Assembly (NCBI GenBank): GCA_964016885.1
Contig: OZ024740.1
Span: 197,470,001 to 197,534,000, forward strand
DNA length: 64,000 bases
Source of the DNA: Eledone cirrhosa
Taxonomy: Eukaryota
Reading direction: 5' to 3'
The position numbers and the translations under genes were made by a program. The notes under the pieces are model-generated. The model worked only from the letters and a program-made list of their open reading frames with translations, made no database searches and was not told where the DNA came from. Within the stretch, counting starts at the first letter, position 1. Every line of letters starts with the position of its first letter. Positions 25,049 to 36,741 of the stretch are shown one piece after another.

Positions 25049-27455
25049 ATTCATGCTCTACTGCACACCTGTCCCTCTTTCGATTACGTCCAGTAACATC
25101 ATGTTTCAATAAGGAAAGGTTGCTAACTCTTCCTTTTAATCCTATTCCATTCCTGGAATAAGAGGTGCTTTGAGTGGTTTAACATGACCCTTCTTATGAC
25201 GAAACGAATCCAATCCAGGGAGAAAAGTGAGGCGAGAAAGAGAGGTGAAAAAAAAGAAAAGCGAAGAGAGAGAGATGGACGAAGAGAGGGAGGGGCGAAG
25301 AGAGAGAGAGATGGACGCAGAGAGGGAGGGGCGAAGAGAGAGAGAGAGAGAGAGAGAGAGTGTCTGTGTGTGTGTGTGTGTTAGAGAGAGAGAGAATAAT
25401 CGGCCCCAGCACTTTACTGGTAATTTATTTACTGAGTCTTGAATGATGAAAGGTAAAGTTGAGGTCAGCGAAATTTAAACTAAGAACGTAGAGATCAGGA
25501 AGCAACGCAGCAATACCTTTTATCCAATTCTAGCAATTCACCGGGATATTCCATTATCCTACTATTCCTTTATCTACCTATTCCATATTATGAGTTCAAC
25601 TATGTTTCCAATGGTTTATATTTATTTTTTCTGATTATTATAATTAAGATATGTGGAATGTATAGACTCGGTAGAGCGTCGCACGGATTTTAGTTATGGC
25701 ATTTTACTTGTAAGTTCAAAAACAGCCAGTGTTAACTTTTCTCTTCTCTTTGGTCTAAATAAAATAAATATGAGTTTACTACTTAGAACTATTCGCTGGC
25801 TATTGTTCGCGGGTATGCTTTTGCGGTCTAGTCAGCAGGGTGCAGCCCAATTACCACCGCACCCTAGGCCCAGAGCTCAATCACCCCCTCCCCCTCCCAT
25901 TCCTCTGTGACATTAGAGTCCTTGCCATTCCCTCTTTCCCGTCTTTTTATTTATATTTTCCTAGTTTACATTCCATTCTTTCTTCTCAATCTAAATTTTC
26001 TTCTTTTCTTTTTCTATTAAATTGTATTTACATGATATATTCCATAAAAAAATAAAATTTCTTTTATACAACAAGCAGAAGAACCGCCCATCGTGCGGTT
26101 TTCTGCTAGCATATGTAGTGTGCATATTGGTATTATACGCAAATATATATGCATATAGATATGATATGTAAATTGAAAAGTAAATTGACAATATCTTCTT
26201 CGCCCACTTATATTTGAGTTAGATTGGTAACAATGTGCTTAGACAGATTCTCAGCATCGTAGTGAACAGTTTCAGATTTGTGGTCTGTGTTTATGTTAGA
26301 TGGGCAACCATAGCCCGAGACTGATTCTCAGCATGGACTTAAATAGTTTCACTAGTCTCTTATGGATGACTTTTATGTCACAGATTATGGGCAATTGGCT
26401 TGGCAGTGCTTTAGAGGCCTCTTCTTTAGGTCGTGGATTATGGACGATTTCTGGAAATACTTTAGCTGGCTGTGCTCTAAAGGTCTCTGCTAAGTACATG
26501 GCCTGACCATGCTATAGAGACCGGTTCTCTAGGCAATGATCGTGTTCGAACCACCAGCAGTCGAACTTGTCTGGGATGTGTGCAGAATCAGCGAACCACC
26601 AAACACGAATCTGTTTACTCTAACTGCATTTCTGGTTTTGGAGTTTATGCTGAACAACAGTTAATACCGACGGAACGAAATTGGCTATCACCCAAGTCTA
26701 TTATGAAGATCAAACCCCCTTCCTGATTTAGCAAGGAAGAACGGGTAGTCTACTTCTGCCCGGTCTCTATGGTGAAAGAATTTGTATGGTAGACGCAGAA
26801 GAATGATTTAAGGACAGGACTTTTTAAAAAACTTCTTCAAGAATCATGCGGAAAAAAAGAGAGGGTAGAGAAGGCGGAGAAAACGTCTAGTAAAGTTTCT
26901 GAAAGGTGGGTGAGTGGTGAAATTGGCTCAAATAAAATATGAAGTGTACAATGTCGTAGAGCTCTCCTCATAAATAACTAAAACTTTCTTGAAACCTTTA
27001 GAATTCGGTTGAGATACTATTCAATTTATGATTTGGATAACAGTATTATAATGCATGTTTAGGGCAAACTACAGAAAATATAGAATAATTTCGTGAACAA
27101 GTTCATGAGGGTTGTTGCGGCATAATCCATCAGTTCTCTCACGCGATTTAAATCAGTTATTCAGATTACTAGGAGATTCTTGCGAGAAACCTGAACATGA
27201 ATCAGTTTTTCAGCAAAGGAAAAATGGCAGACGTTCGACACACATTCCAATGTAGCTAGCTCTGCTTGAAAAAAAAAACAAAACATATTCGGGGAAGATA
27301 GCCGGAATGCTATCCTGTGATGTCTTGGGGTCGAAAAACAACAACAACAACAAACAAGCAAACAACATTATTATCTAGTAAAATATATTCTGAAGAGTTT
27401 CATATAACGGCAGTGGAAACATTTTTAGCAGTATTGATTATAGAGTAGTCGTTAC

Positions 27456-27730
27456 TTTAACAGGATTGATGATTGGAGGTCGTTAGTTGCCAGTGTGGTA
27501 AGTGATAGTATCCTCGTTGGATTAGCTTGTCGACATAGACGTGAGGGAAGGTCCCTTGCTCTATTTACCATCGTAGTATTTTCAATATTCCTTTCGTCAG
27601 GTCGCCAATTCCAGCAGCATGGATTATAGATGTTATTGAGACGCGAGTAACATAATAATGATTTCAACAGCAGAAATTAGAGATGAAATGTATGTTTATT
27701 TTTGACCACTGATTCTACCACCCTGCTAAA
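27456..27730 (+). mobile_element. LTR-like repeat X with TTTA...TAAA termini, followed by a tRNA-Trp-like PBS
   Basis: Second copy at 54106-54351 starts TTTAGCAGGG, the reverse complement of CCCTGCTAAA (27721-27730). Followed by TGGTGACCGACGT. Confidence 0.65.
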
Positions 27731-29271
27731 GTGGTGACCGACGTAAGAATTTAACGCAGCCCTTCTTTTTCATTCAGTTGAACTTTTATTGCCACGTTGC
27801 CAACCTTTTTCGCAACTTGCGAAAATACAATAAATTCCTTTCAAATTTTTTTTGAAAAATTAGCAGTATTTTAAAAAATTTCAAGATGGCTACCGACAAG
27901 TCCTAACTACACTCGACAACAACAACGACAGCAGCAGCGACAGCGTTGTTTAACCACTGACCAATACGGGGAACAGTGAGTGGCAGATTCATAGCCTTAC
28001 CGACGCAAACCACCACACTTCGGAAATTTCAAAACGGCTTGTAACTTTACCGACGCAACCACCATACCTTCTGTCTCGTTACCACAGGGACTCGAGAAAT
28101 TGAGACAGTAGTTTTCTCACCATTATGGCGTCAGACGTGGCTGCCATGTTTGGTGACTGCTACTCTACAGAAGATTCTTTGACTTTGCTTTAACAATAAG
28201 CAACACAACCTTGTGGCAGGACGGTAAAATGGCCACGAAAACTCACAAAAGCACCATACATCTAACCCCTAACGGCATTAACAAACTTCTTTTTCAGTTT
28301 TCAGATAGAACTAGTGTCTGTACACTGGTGATGTGTGAACTATTTGACTTTGAAAAACTTTGAACTTATTGAGCAATTTCTCTGCTCCCTTAGATTGACT
28401 TTGAATTATCAGTTTGTTACATTCACATATTTCATTGTAGAATGCATTTACTTGTTTTGTGCTCTTTTGCCATTTGCTTGCTCATAGTTTTTGTTCATGC
28501 CTACATATGCACACATTATTTTTATCACACACCAATATGTTGTTCTTGGTATATGTTCTTCAAACGTAATATTCTGCGAGTCCCTTTTCACCTGGTTGAG
28601 GTGCTGTCACATGCTAGCAGCTCACAGAGCTTAATCCACTGGATTCAAACAGGCACCGCAACACGAGAATACTAATTGCAGCTGAACTCAAACAGCTTCG
28701 CATCTCGTTGCACACTGATCGTCCATGACGGCCATCCGTCTTGTTGTTTTTGCCCGACTCGCTGGGAAAGCAACAAATTGAACTGGACTTGTCAGCATTT
28801 CGGTCACTTCTGTGGATTCGCCCGAATATGGAATTTACACTGCAACCCACCTACAGATTAAACTTGCTTTTTTTTTCTTTACAAAGCAACCAGCCATTTT
28901 TTCCTGGCTCCCTAGCACATTCGGCAATACATCTGGGAGGCCAATATTTTCTCGCCTACCCATCATCTCCTTGCCAGCACTGCCATAATAGCTTCGTCCA
29001 CAGCTACTGGTGCAGCACTTGACATTTAATGCAAGAACAGCAACTTCGCCCATGTCAGACTTTATCCGTTTTTTGTTAGACCTTTGGCGGTCACGTATAA
29101 ACAACAAAACAACTGGTTATTTGACACAGCGGCTCAACACGGCCCGTAGCGCCTCATTTTTTTTCTTGCATGCAGCCTTCTGCTCAATTATTTTGTCACT
29201 GATGTGCTCTTTCGGCATTTGTTCTTGCTGATTTAATAATCTGTATCGACTACCGTCTAGAAAGGGGGTAT

Positions 29272-29573
29272 TGTAGTGACCTACATTCCGCGGGCTCACA
29301 TACATTCTCTATGCGTGATTTGGCTCAGTTCAGCCAATCAGCGCAAGTAGAAGAGGATGTATCCCTACGCGCCCTGAGGAAGAAATTCCCCGCGAAGATT
29401 TGAAGAATCTCTCTCTTGTACCGGAAACTTCAAGCCAGTAACACGCATAATGTAACGGTGAGATTTTGCACCCTAGCCTCGCCGGCTTAACGGCGCGATG
29501 GCACATTCCCTTTTGTAACCTCTTTTTATCTGTAACTTCAACCATATAAGTTAACAAACATTGTTTGTGCTAC
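29272..29573 (+). mobile_element. LTR Y (TGTAG...CTACA) preceded by a polypurine tract
   Basis: AGAAAGGGGG lies just upstream. An inverted second copy with identical ends is at 54352-54654. Confidence 0.85.
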
Positions 29574-30506
29574 ACACTGAAAGCCCAGCACAAAAATTGA
29601 CTTCTATAACGGAATTCTTTAGCAAAAATCAACGTGACACAGTATGGCAAGGCTGGACAACTGAATTACAAGTACATTCCATCCAACGGATACCCACACA
29701 GCTTTCATTCGGTCAATTTCCTTTAAAAGGATTAAGTTGATCTGAGGTTATAATAAAATCCACTTTTATAAGATGCCAGGCAGTGGGACGAAATTCGGAA
29801 GCTCATGGTTGTGAAGTGAACTTTTAAACCATTTAGCTATTCTACTTCCACAAAATCATACAAGACTGCACGTGTTGACACGGAGAAATATAATTCTTTT
29901 TAGATTAAATATTAGAGAGACGGTAATTTCCAGAATGATGGTAACATAGATTTATCTCATATTTACACAAGGGCATACGTTTGTGGTGGAAGCGTTATAT
30001 AGGTGATTGAATTGAATCCAATGTGTGGGTGAGAGTAATTTTATCAAATCAAATAGCAGAGAAATTGGAAGCGAAAATCGGTTCTGGTATGATTTAAATT
30101 AAGAAGATAAACACTCGGAACAAAATGGTCAGACAATTTTATGGTTTCCAACATTCTAGCTGTTAATTCAATGTAGATTATCGAAACAACTATCGAAGAA
30201 TAAGTCAACTTAACATTTTTGTTGTCAATGGGAGTACATGAGATAGAAAAAAGTGAATAATGTTTTACATGAGATAGAAAGAGAGGCGGTTTCACATAAG
30301 TTGCAGAACACAATTTGCTCTATCGCCTCTCTCCTTTAATTAAAGAAAATATAGGAAGATTCTATCATTAAAGGATCAATACTTTAATCGAGAATCGATA
30401 AGGAAAAATTGATTAAACGTTATTTAAGTCAGCAATGGTGGAAACAGGAGATTGCAACTAACGAATAAAGAACAAATATATAAAAGTTGCATATGGATAT
30501 GTATGT

Positions 30507-30547
<41 letters not shown>

Positions 30548-30682
30548 ACGTCTCAATCGTTTAGACTCTTTTCTTACTACATCAAGCATTAATCTAATAT
30601 CTGTATATATATAATTGTATTGTATTATTCTCCCACGTTGTGTTTCCTGTTGACTTTTCGACCGCCCCCAGCATATATATAT

Positions 30683-30862
30683 AGAGAAAGAGCGCATGTA
30701 TATTAATATATATAATAAATATATAATACATAATATATGATATAAATGTATAATAATATTAATAATAATATATATATATATATTATTATTATTATACATT
30801 TATATCATATATTATGTATTATATATTTATTATATATATTAATATACATGCGCTCTTTCTCT
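30683..30862. repeat. AT-rich palindrome (~72-bp arms) centred on a TA tract
   Basis: AGAGAAAGAGCGCATGTATATTAAT... pairs with ...ATTAATATACATGCGCTCTTTCTCT. Confidence 0.9.
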
Positions 30863-31199
30863 CTCTCCCCCTCTCTCTTTCACACACACACATATTCATC
30901 ATTTTATTTGTATCCTGGTATAATATCTTCTGTAGTTAATTTGTGTGAATCTTGCGATGAATTATTCATTCAGAATGAATGGCAGAGTAGAGTAATAACA
31001 ATGGATGACGTAAAGACTCTCAAACCACTTCCACAACCTTTACTACTCCGCCATTAGGCCCACTACCACCACCACTTTCACCAGCACCTTCATCAGCTGC
31101 CGCCATCATCACCATCAGCATTACTACCATCAACACCACCACTACAACCACCACAACCAATATTTACTGTATATATGCAGATATTAAATTTATCGTATA

Positions 31200-32525
31200 C
31201 GAGGTCCAGCTGAAAAGTTCATAGACTGACCAAGATACTCTCATGGAATGTAACCAAATGCAATTTATTTTTTAAAATAATCCTTCTGGCGGTCCACACA
31301 TTTCTTCCATCGGTGTTGCAGTGCTTGGATCCCATTGGTATAGAAGCTTTCATCCTGTTGGTAAAACAAGTCATCAATAGCAGATATGACGTCAGCATCA
31401 TTGCGATAATGGTTCCTAGCCAAGTGTTTCTTCATGTTGAGGAACAGATGATTGTAACATGAGGGCAAATCAGGAGAATAAGGGTGGGTGATCAACCAGT
31501 TGAAAGCCAAAGTCACGCACATCAGTCCTTGAAACTAAGGACTTGTATGCTGGAGAATTGTCCTGATGAAACAAGACCCCTTTCATCAGTTTTTCTGGGC
31601 GTTTGGTTTGATAACCTTTCGTAATTGCGACAGCAAGTTGACATAGTACTCTCCATTGATGGTGCAACCCTTTTGAAGATAATCAATAAACACAATGCCT
31701 TTTGCATTGCAAAAATAAACCAAAAAAAAAAAAAACGTGAGGCCATCACCTTCTCTGCAGATGAAATGACATTGGCCTTCTTTGGAGCAGACGAGGAGCA
31801 GTGTTTCTACTGCATGGATTGTCTCTTTGTCTCTGACTTACAGTGATGAACCTAACACTCCTTAGAAAATGTTCCAGGAAACCAGCTCTATTTACCTAAA
31901 ACAAAGATTTTCCCATGATGTGATCAACCTGGTGCGCTTTTGATCAGGTGTCAAGAAGACGTGGTACCCATCAAACAAAAACCTTTGACATGCCAAGTTC
32001 ATTGTGCAGAATATGCTCAACTCTCTCACGTGATATGCTAATAGCATTGGCTATTTGATTTATAGTAAATTCACTATGGAGTGAACATGATCATTATTTT
32101 CCTCAGTATAGGACGTGCAGACCTTGGGTCATCTTTAAGACCCCCCCACCCCCTCCTAAATTCAGCTGCCCACTTTTGCACTGTTGATAAAGCTGAAGCA
32201 TCATCCCTAATGAAGCAACCATGTCAGCATTAATATCCTTGGGGGCTAAACTCTTTTTCTGCAGACACTTGATAACACCACGTTGCCAAATTTTGTCGAT
32301 TTTCATGAGAAATCGCTACCAGTTACTTTTGAAGTCTTCTTTGAACTGTTAGATGCCAGTTTATCCGAAAAAACCAAAACAAAAACAAAAAAACAAAACA
32401 AAAAACAACAACAAAAAAAACAATGCAGTTATCAATAAGAAGAGTTGAAATTAATGCATGCACGATTTCGCAGCTCTAGCATCACTCCTTCACTGTCAGT
32501 CCATGAACTTTTCAGCTCATCCTCG
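31200..32525 (-). mobile_element. Full-length decayed mariner (DD34D) DNA transposon
   Basis: ~31-bp TIRs CGAGG..CAGCTGAAAAGTTCAT.GACTGAC flanked by TA. Motifs WVPRLL, FHQDNSP and HPYSPDL. Confidence 0.92.
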
Positions 32526-32670
32526 TACTTCGGCTGCTCGCGTACAACTTCAGATATATATGTTAATTAAATACCAAAAACCAGCGCTAACAATATGTAA
32601 ATTAATACGTTCATTTCAGGATATTACTATAAGTTATATATTTCCTTGTGGTTGTTAAGATGCTATACAT

Positions 32671-32715
32671 ACCTTATGATGAGGAACCACCTATGTCCGA
32701 AAACCGATTAAAGGT
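32671..32715 (+). ncRNA. Decayed type I hammerhead
   Basis: ACCUU-AUGAUGA-GGA..UCC-GAAA-ACCGAU-UA^AAGGU. Stem I is perfect but the core has a C3A mutation. Confidence 0.55.
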
Positions 32716-32882
32716 GCTTATCATTTCAATTCATGAGGAAATACATATATTTGGCATGCTTACGTGTCTCTATACTAAAAATGTGTAAATTTATATGCAC
32801 ATTTACGCAGTCTCGGTTACCTCTATACTGTATATATACAGATATAACTTTATCGTATACTTCGGTTGCTTAGCGCACAACG

Positions 32883-32966
<84 letters not shown>

Positions 32967-32972
<6 letters not shown>

Positions 32973-33498
32973 ATACTTGGGGAGGGTCATGTTGCCAATA
33001 AGAAACACACGCACTAGTTGCTTCCACTTCAATTTATTATAATAAATTTATAAATTTCCGGTTGGTTGGTTGGTTCCACAACCAGATGGTTGTTTATATA
33101 TTGTCAAAGTTCTTTCGTCACACGTTCTGTGACCTCTTCAGTGACTGGGGATTCTTTTCTTTGTTTTTGTGCCTCTCCTTTGTTCTGTCCTACGCCATCT
33201 TGTTTCTGTGTGTGTGTTGTGTGCTCAGTCTGCGCATGCGTCCCATCCGGGTGTCTGTGTGTGTTTATATTCGTTTATTTATTTGTTTATTTACATGTTA
33301 CTGGTTGGTTGTTTGTTCTATGTGTGTGTGTGTGTTTTCATTTTGTCCTTAATTGTAAGTTGTGATGTTGCTGTTCCATTCATGTTTTCTATTTAATTTG
33401 GTTGCAGTTCATTTATGTTTATTGCCTCTGTGATTTGTCTAAACATTGCGTCTTTTCTGTGTGTAGATTCTATTTTTATTTCTATGTTCTCTAATTTA

Positions 33499-33502
<4 letters not shown>
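32967..33502 (-). mobile_element. Family E PLE 3' end: GIY-YIG C-terminus plus terminal repeat
   Basis: Minus 33500-33349 translates DAMFRQITEAININELQP(fs)LNRKHEWN. (TA)n on both sides. Confidence 0.75.
33103..33145 (-). ncRNA. Minimal type I hammerhead (family E)
   Basis: GUCA-CUGAAGA-G-GUCAC(AGAACGU)GUGAC-GAAA-GAAC-UU^UGAC. Confidence 0.75.
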
Positions 33503-33542
<40 letters not shown>

Positions 33543-33548
<6 letters not shown>

Positions 33549-36018
33549 TAAAATAACAGATTAAAGTTTAAGCAAAGAATCGCTGCTTTCACCCTTAACG
33601 GGATCTTCTGAAACTAAAAAAGTCAATCTGTGAACGCAGAAGTAAATATTTTAAAAATCAATTCTGCGGAGGTTACTGATCTTATCGGCCTTTTCCTTCT
33701 TTTCTCTACCAAGGAAGAATCCCCAGCGTGGGCGGTGGTTTGTACCGTGATGACGGTCTTTTGACCATGACAAAGTGCGGTCCACGTGCTTGCGACAGGT
33801 TCAGAAAAGAACTCACAGCCTTCTTTAAAGGCTTCAACCTCTCCATACAGGTTGAGGCCAACCTCTCGGTCGTTAATTACCTCGACGTTACCCTCAATTT
33901 GTCGAATGGCTTGCACTACCCGTATAGAAAGCCAAATGATACGCTTAATTACATAAGTAAGCATTCCAACCATCCTGCCAGCATAACCAAGAATCTGGTA
34001 AGAAACGTTTCGTTGAGGCTTTCCCGGCTATCTACTAACGAGCATATTTTCAACGACCATTCCACATATTACAATGAAGCTCTTGCTCGGAGTGGATTTG
34101 TCGATAAGGTAGCTTATTCAGAGTACGAGAATAGACTTAGGAAAAATAGACGCCGTCGCATTATATGGTATAACCCACCATATAATATGGAGGTGGCCAC
34201 ACCATTAGCTAAGATCTTTCTCTCCCTTATTATGAAGCATTTCCCCCAGCACATAAATATAGTAAAATTTTTAATAGAAATACTATTAAAATTTCTTACT
34301 CTACGACTCCTAACCTTGCACATAACATCACAGCTTCAAATTTAGCTAAATTACCTAGCCGTAGGAACACGTGCAACCCTGTAGCTAGTACTAACTGTAA
34401 CTGTAGGAATCGGGTTGACTGCCCCCTATCCGGGAAATGCCTCTCTAGTAACATTGTCTACAAATGTAAGGTTGAAACACCCACGTCCCGTAGGGCCTAC
34501 ATAGGGTTAACCGCCAATAGATTCAAGCAGCGTCTTTACATGCATACCCATTCTTTTCTTAACCCTTTAAGAAGGAATATGACATCACTTTCAGCTTATA
34601 TCTGGAGTCTAAAAGACAACCACACCCAATATAAGTTACACTGGGAGATCCTAGCTAAGGGTAGATCGTATAACGGAAATAAAAAACCATGTGACCTCTG
34701 CTCCGCTAAGGTCCTGGAAATACTCTACGCCAAAGACCACATCTTAAACAAAAAATCTGAGGCAATTTCGGCTTGTAAACATAAATTGCACAAAACTTTC
34801 CTGTATTACAGCCCCACATTATACCCTAACGGATAGTACGAACTATACGCGGATATTTTACGTCTTGATGTGGTAGCTAAGTATTTGTTATGTTTATACC
34901 ATTACTTATTTGTATAGGTAAGTATATATTAGCTGTATGTTTGGTGAAGGTACGTATACTTTCTCGTACGTATACTTGCTTGTATATGTAATGGAGTATA
35001 TATTATATATTCTGGTACATATGCATTTGGTTATGTGTATACGTGAGTTTTGCGTCTGTGTGAGTATGCGGGTTCGTACGTATGTAGGGTGTGTGTGTAT
35101 ATGTGTACTTTGTGTTTTGATTGACGCACGTCCGCGAACATATGCGTATTTACATGTAGGTATGTGTGTGCGCGCATTATATACGTATTTATGTGCGTAT
35201 ATTTATATATATTATGTTTACACGCACACACACAGACACATATATATATTTTATATATATTTTTACGTGTATTTGGTGTATACGTTCGTATGTGTGCGGG
35301 TACAGGCGTTGCGTGGGTTTTGTATGTGCGTGCGTGCTTTTTTTTTGTACCTGCTTGTATTTGCATACCCATGGCGAGTGTTTTCGCATATGCTTGTGTA
35401 CGTACGTATATGGATGCGTGTATGTATATATTTAATTCCAATTACTTCTGTTTTTTATTTACTTTATTCTTAAATCTCAAGCCGAGAATCATTCGGTTTC
35501 CTAAATAGAATTTTAGTCTACGACTTCAGTTATACCATTTACGTGGTTTTGTCTTTGCGTGTAATTGTTCTCACGGTCCAAATAATGACGTATTATTTTC
35601 GTTTTTTCCGTTCATTGCCAGAGAACGTCTCCATGAACCACCTAATAGAATATTAGTCTACGACTTCATTTTTACCATAAACGTGGTTTTGTCTTTGCGT
35701 GTAATTGTTTTCAAGGCACCAAATTATGACCTATTATCTTCGTTTTTTTCCGTTCTTTGCCAGGGAACGTTTCCCCGAACCAAAGTATCGTCTTCCTGTC
35801 TTCCTTCCGTTGCAACGTTTTTTGAAATATTTACTTCTGCGTTCACAGATTGACTTTTTTAGTTTCAAAAGATCCCGTTAAGGGTGAAAGCAGCGATTCT
35901 TTGCTTAAACTTTAATCTGTTATTTTAATAAATATTTGCTCTACGGTTCTTACATATCTGATATATATTTATCCTCATCGAACCCTCTTTGGATTTTAGT
36001 CTTCAAATTTATTATTAT

Positions 36019-36021
<3 letters not shown>
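33543..36021 (+). mobile_element. Family D PLE copy 2, with 5' inverted piece of its own 3' region (33543-~33652)
   Basis: ORF remnants 33661-34836 (GLYRDDGL, CxCx5C, YIG). The inverted segment matches ~35825-35935. Confidence 0.9.
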
Positions 36022-36058
<37 letters not shown>

Positions 36059-36263
36059 AGTATGTATACGTACATACATATATGTATACAGACTACAGTA
36101 GTATGTATATATATATACATACATGCACACATATATATATGTACGTATGGACTCACCGAACATTTATTATAATGCTCGGTGTGTTTGTAAACAAACATCC
36201 TGAATAAAGCCGTACAGTGTCTAGCAACAATCGTTGCTCATTTGTTCAACACTGACAAAGGAA

Positions 36264-36304
36264 CGCTGTACTAGTTTCAAGCTTATTATCTATCGTCAGC
36301 AACG
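36264..36304 (-). ncRNA. Minimal type I hammerhead (family F)
   Basis: CGUUG-CUGACGA-[weak stem II]-GAAAC-UA-GUA^CAGCG. Palindromic ACUAGU. Confidence 0.7.
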
Positions 36305-36446
36305 TATACCTTCCTGCCAGATGGTTGAACGTCTGAAAGTATATACTTTTCTTATGCATATTAACGGCTGAGCAGCCTAATTTGCACACCAAGCAGTTGA
36401 AAATTGAACAGTTGAAAATTGCGAACTTGACTGTCACCACACATTA

Positions 36447-36485
36447 TGAACCTGAAGATTGCCAAAGCATGAAAGTACTTGTTCA
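36447..36485 (+). ncRNA. Minimal type I hammerhead (family G)
   Basis: UGAAC-CUGAAGA-U-UGC(CAAA)GCA-U-GAAA-GUAC-UU^GUUCA. Stem I is 5 bp perfect. Palindromic AGUACU. Confidence 0.78.
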
Positions 36486-36636
36486 ATTAACACTTAACAT
36501 TTAATATTCTACCATACTATTTCATTCTAATACCATTATAAATTTTAAAGGATTGTAAATAAAACGAGTAAATCAGACAAAGTTGGAATTCCTTTTATTA
36601 ATATAATCTTCTATACACAATCACACACATCCGTGT

Positions 36637-36637
36637 A

Positions 36638-36733
<96 letters not shown>
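36637..36733. repeat. (TATC)n microsatellite at the Tx1 5' junction
   Basis: Direct inspection. Confidence 0.95.
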
Positions 36734-36734
<1 letters not shown>

Positions 36735-36741
36735 CTCTACC

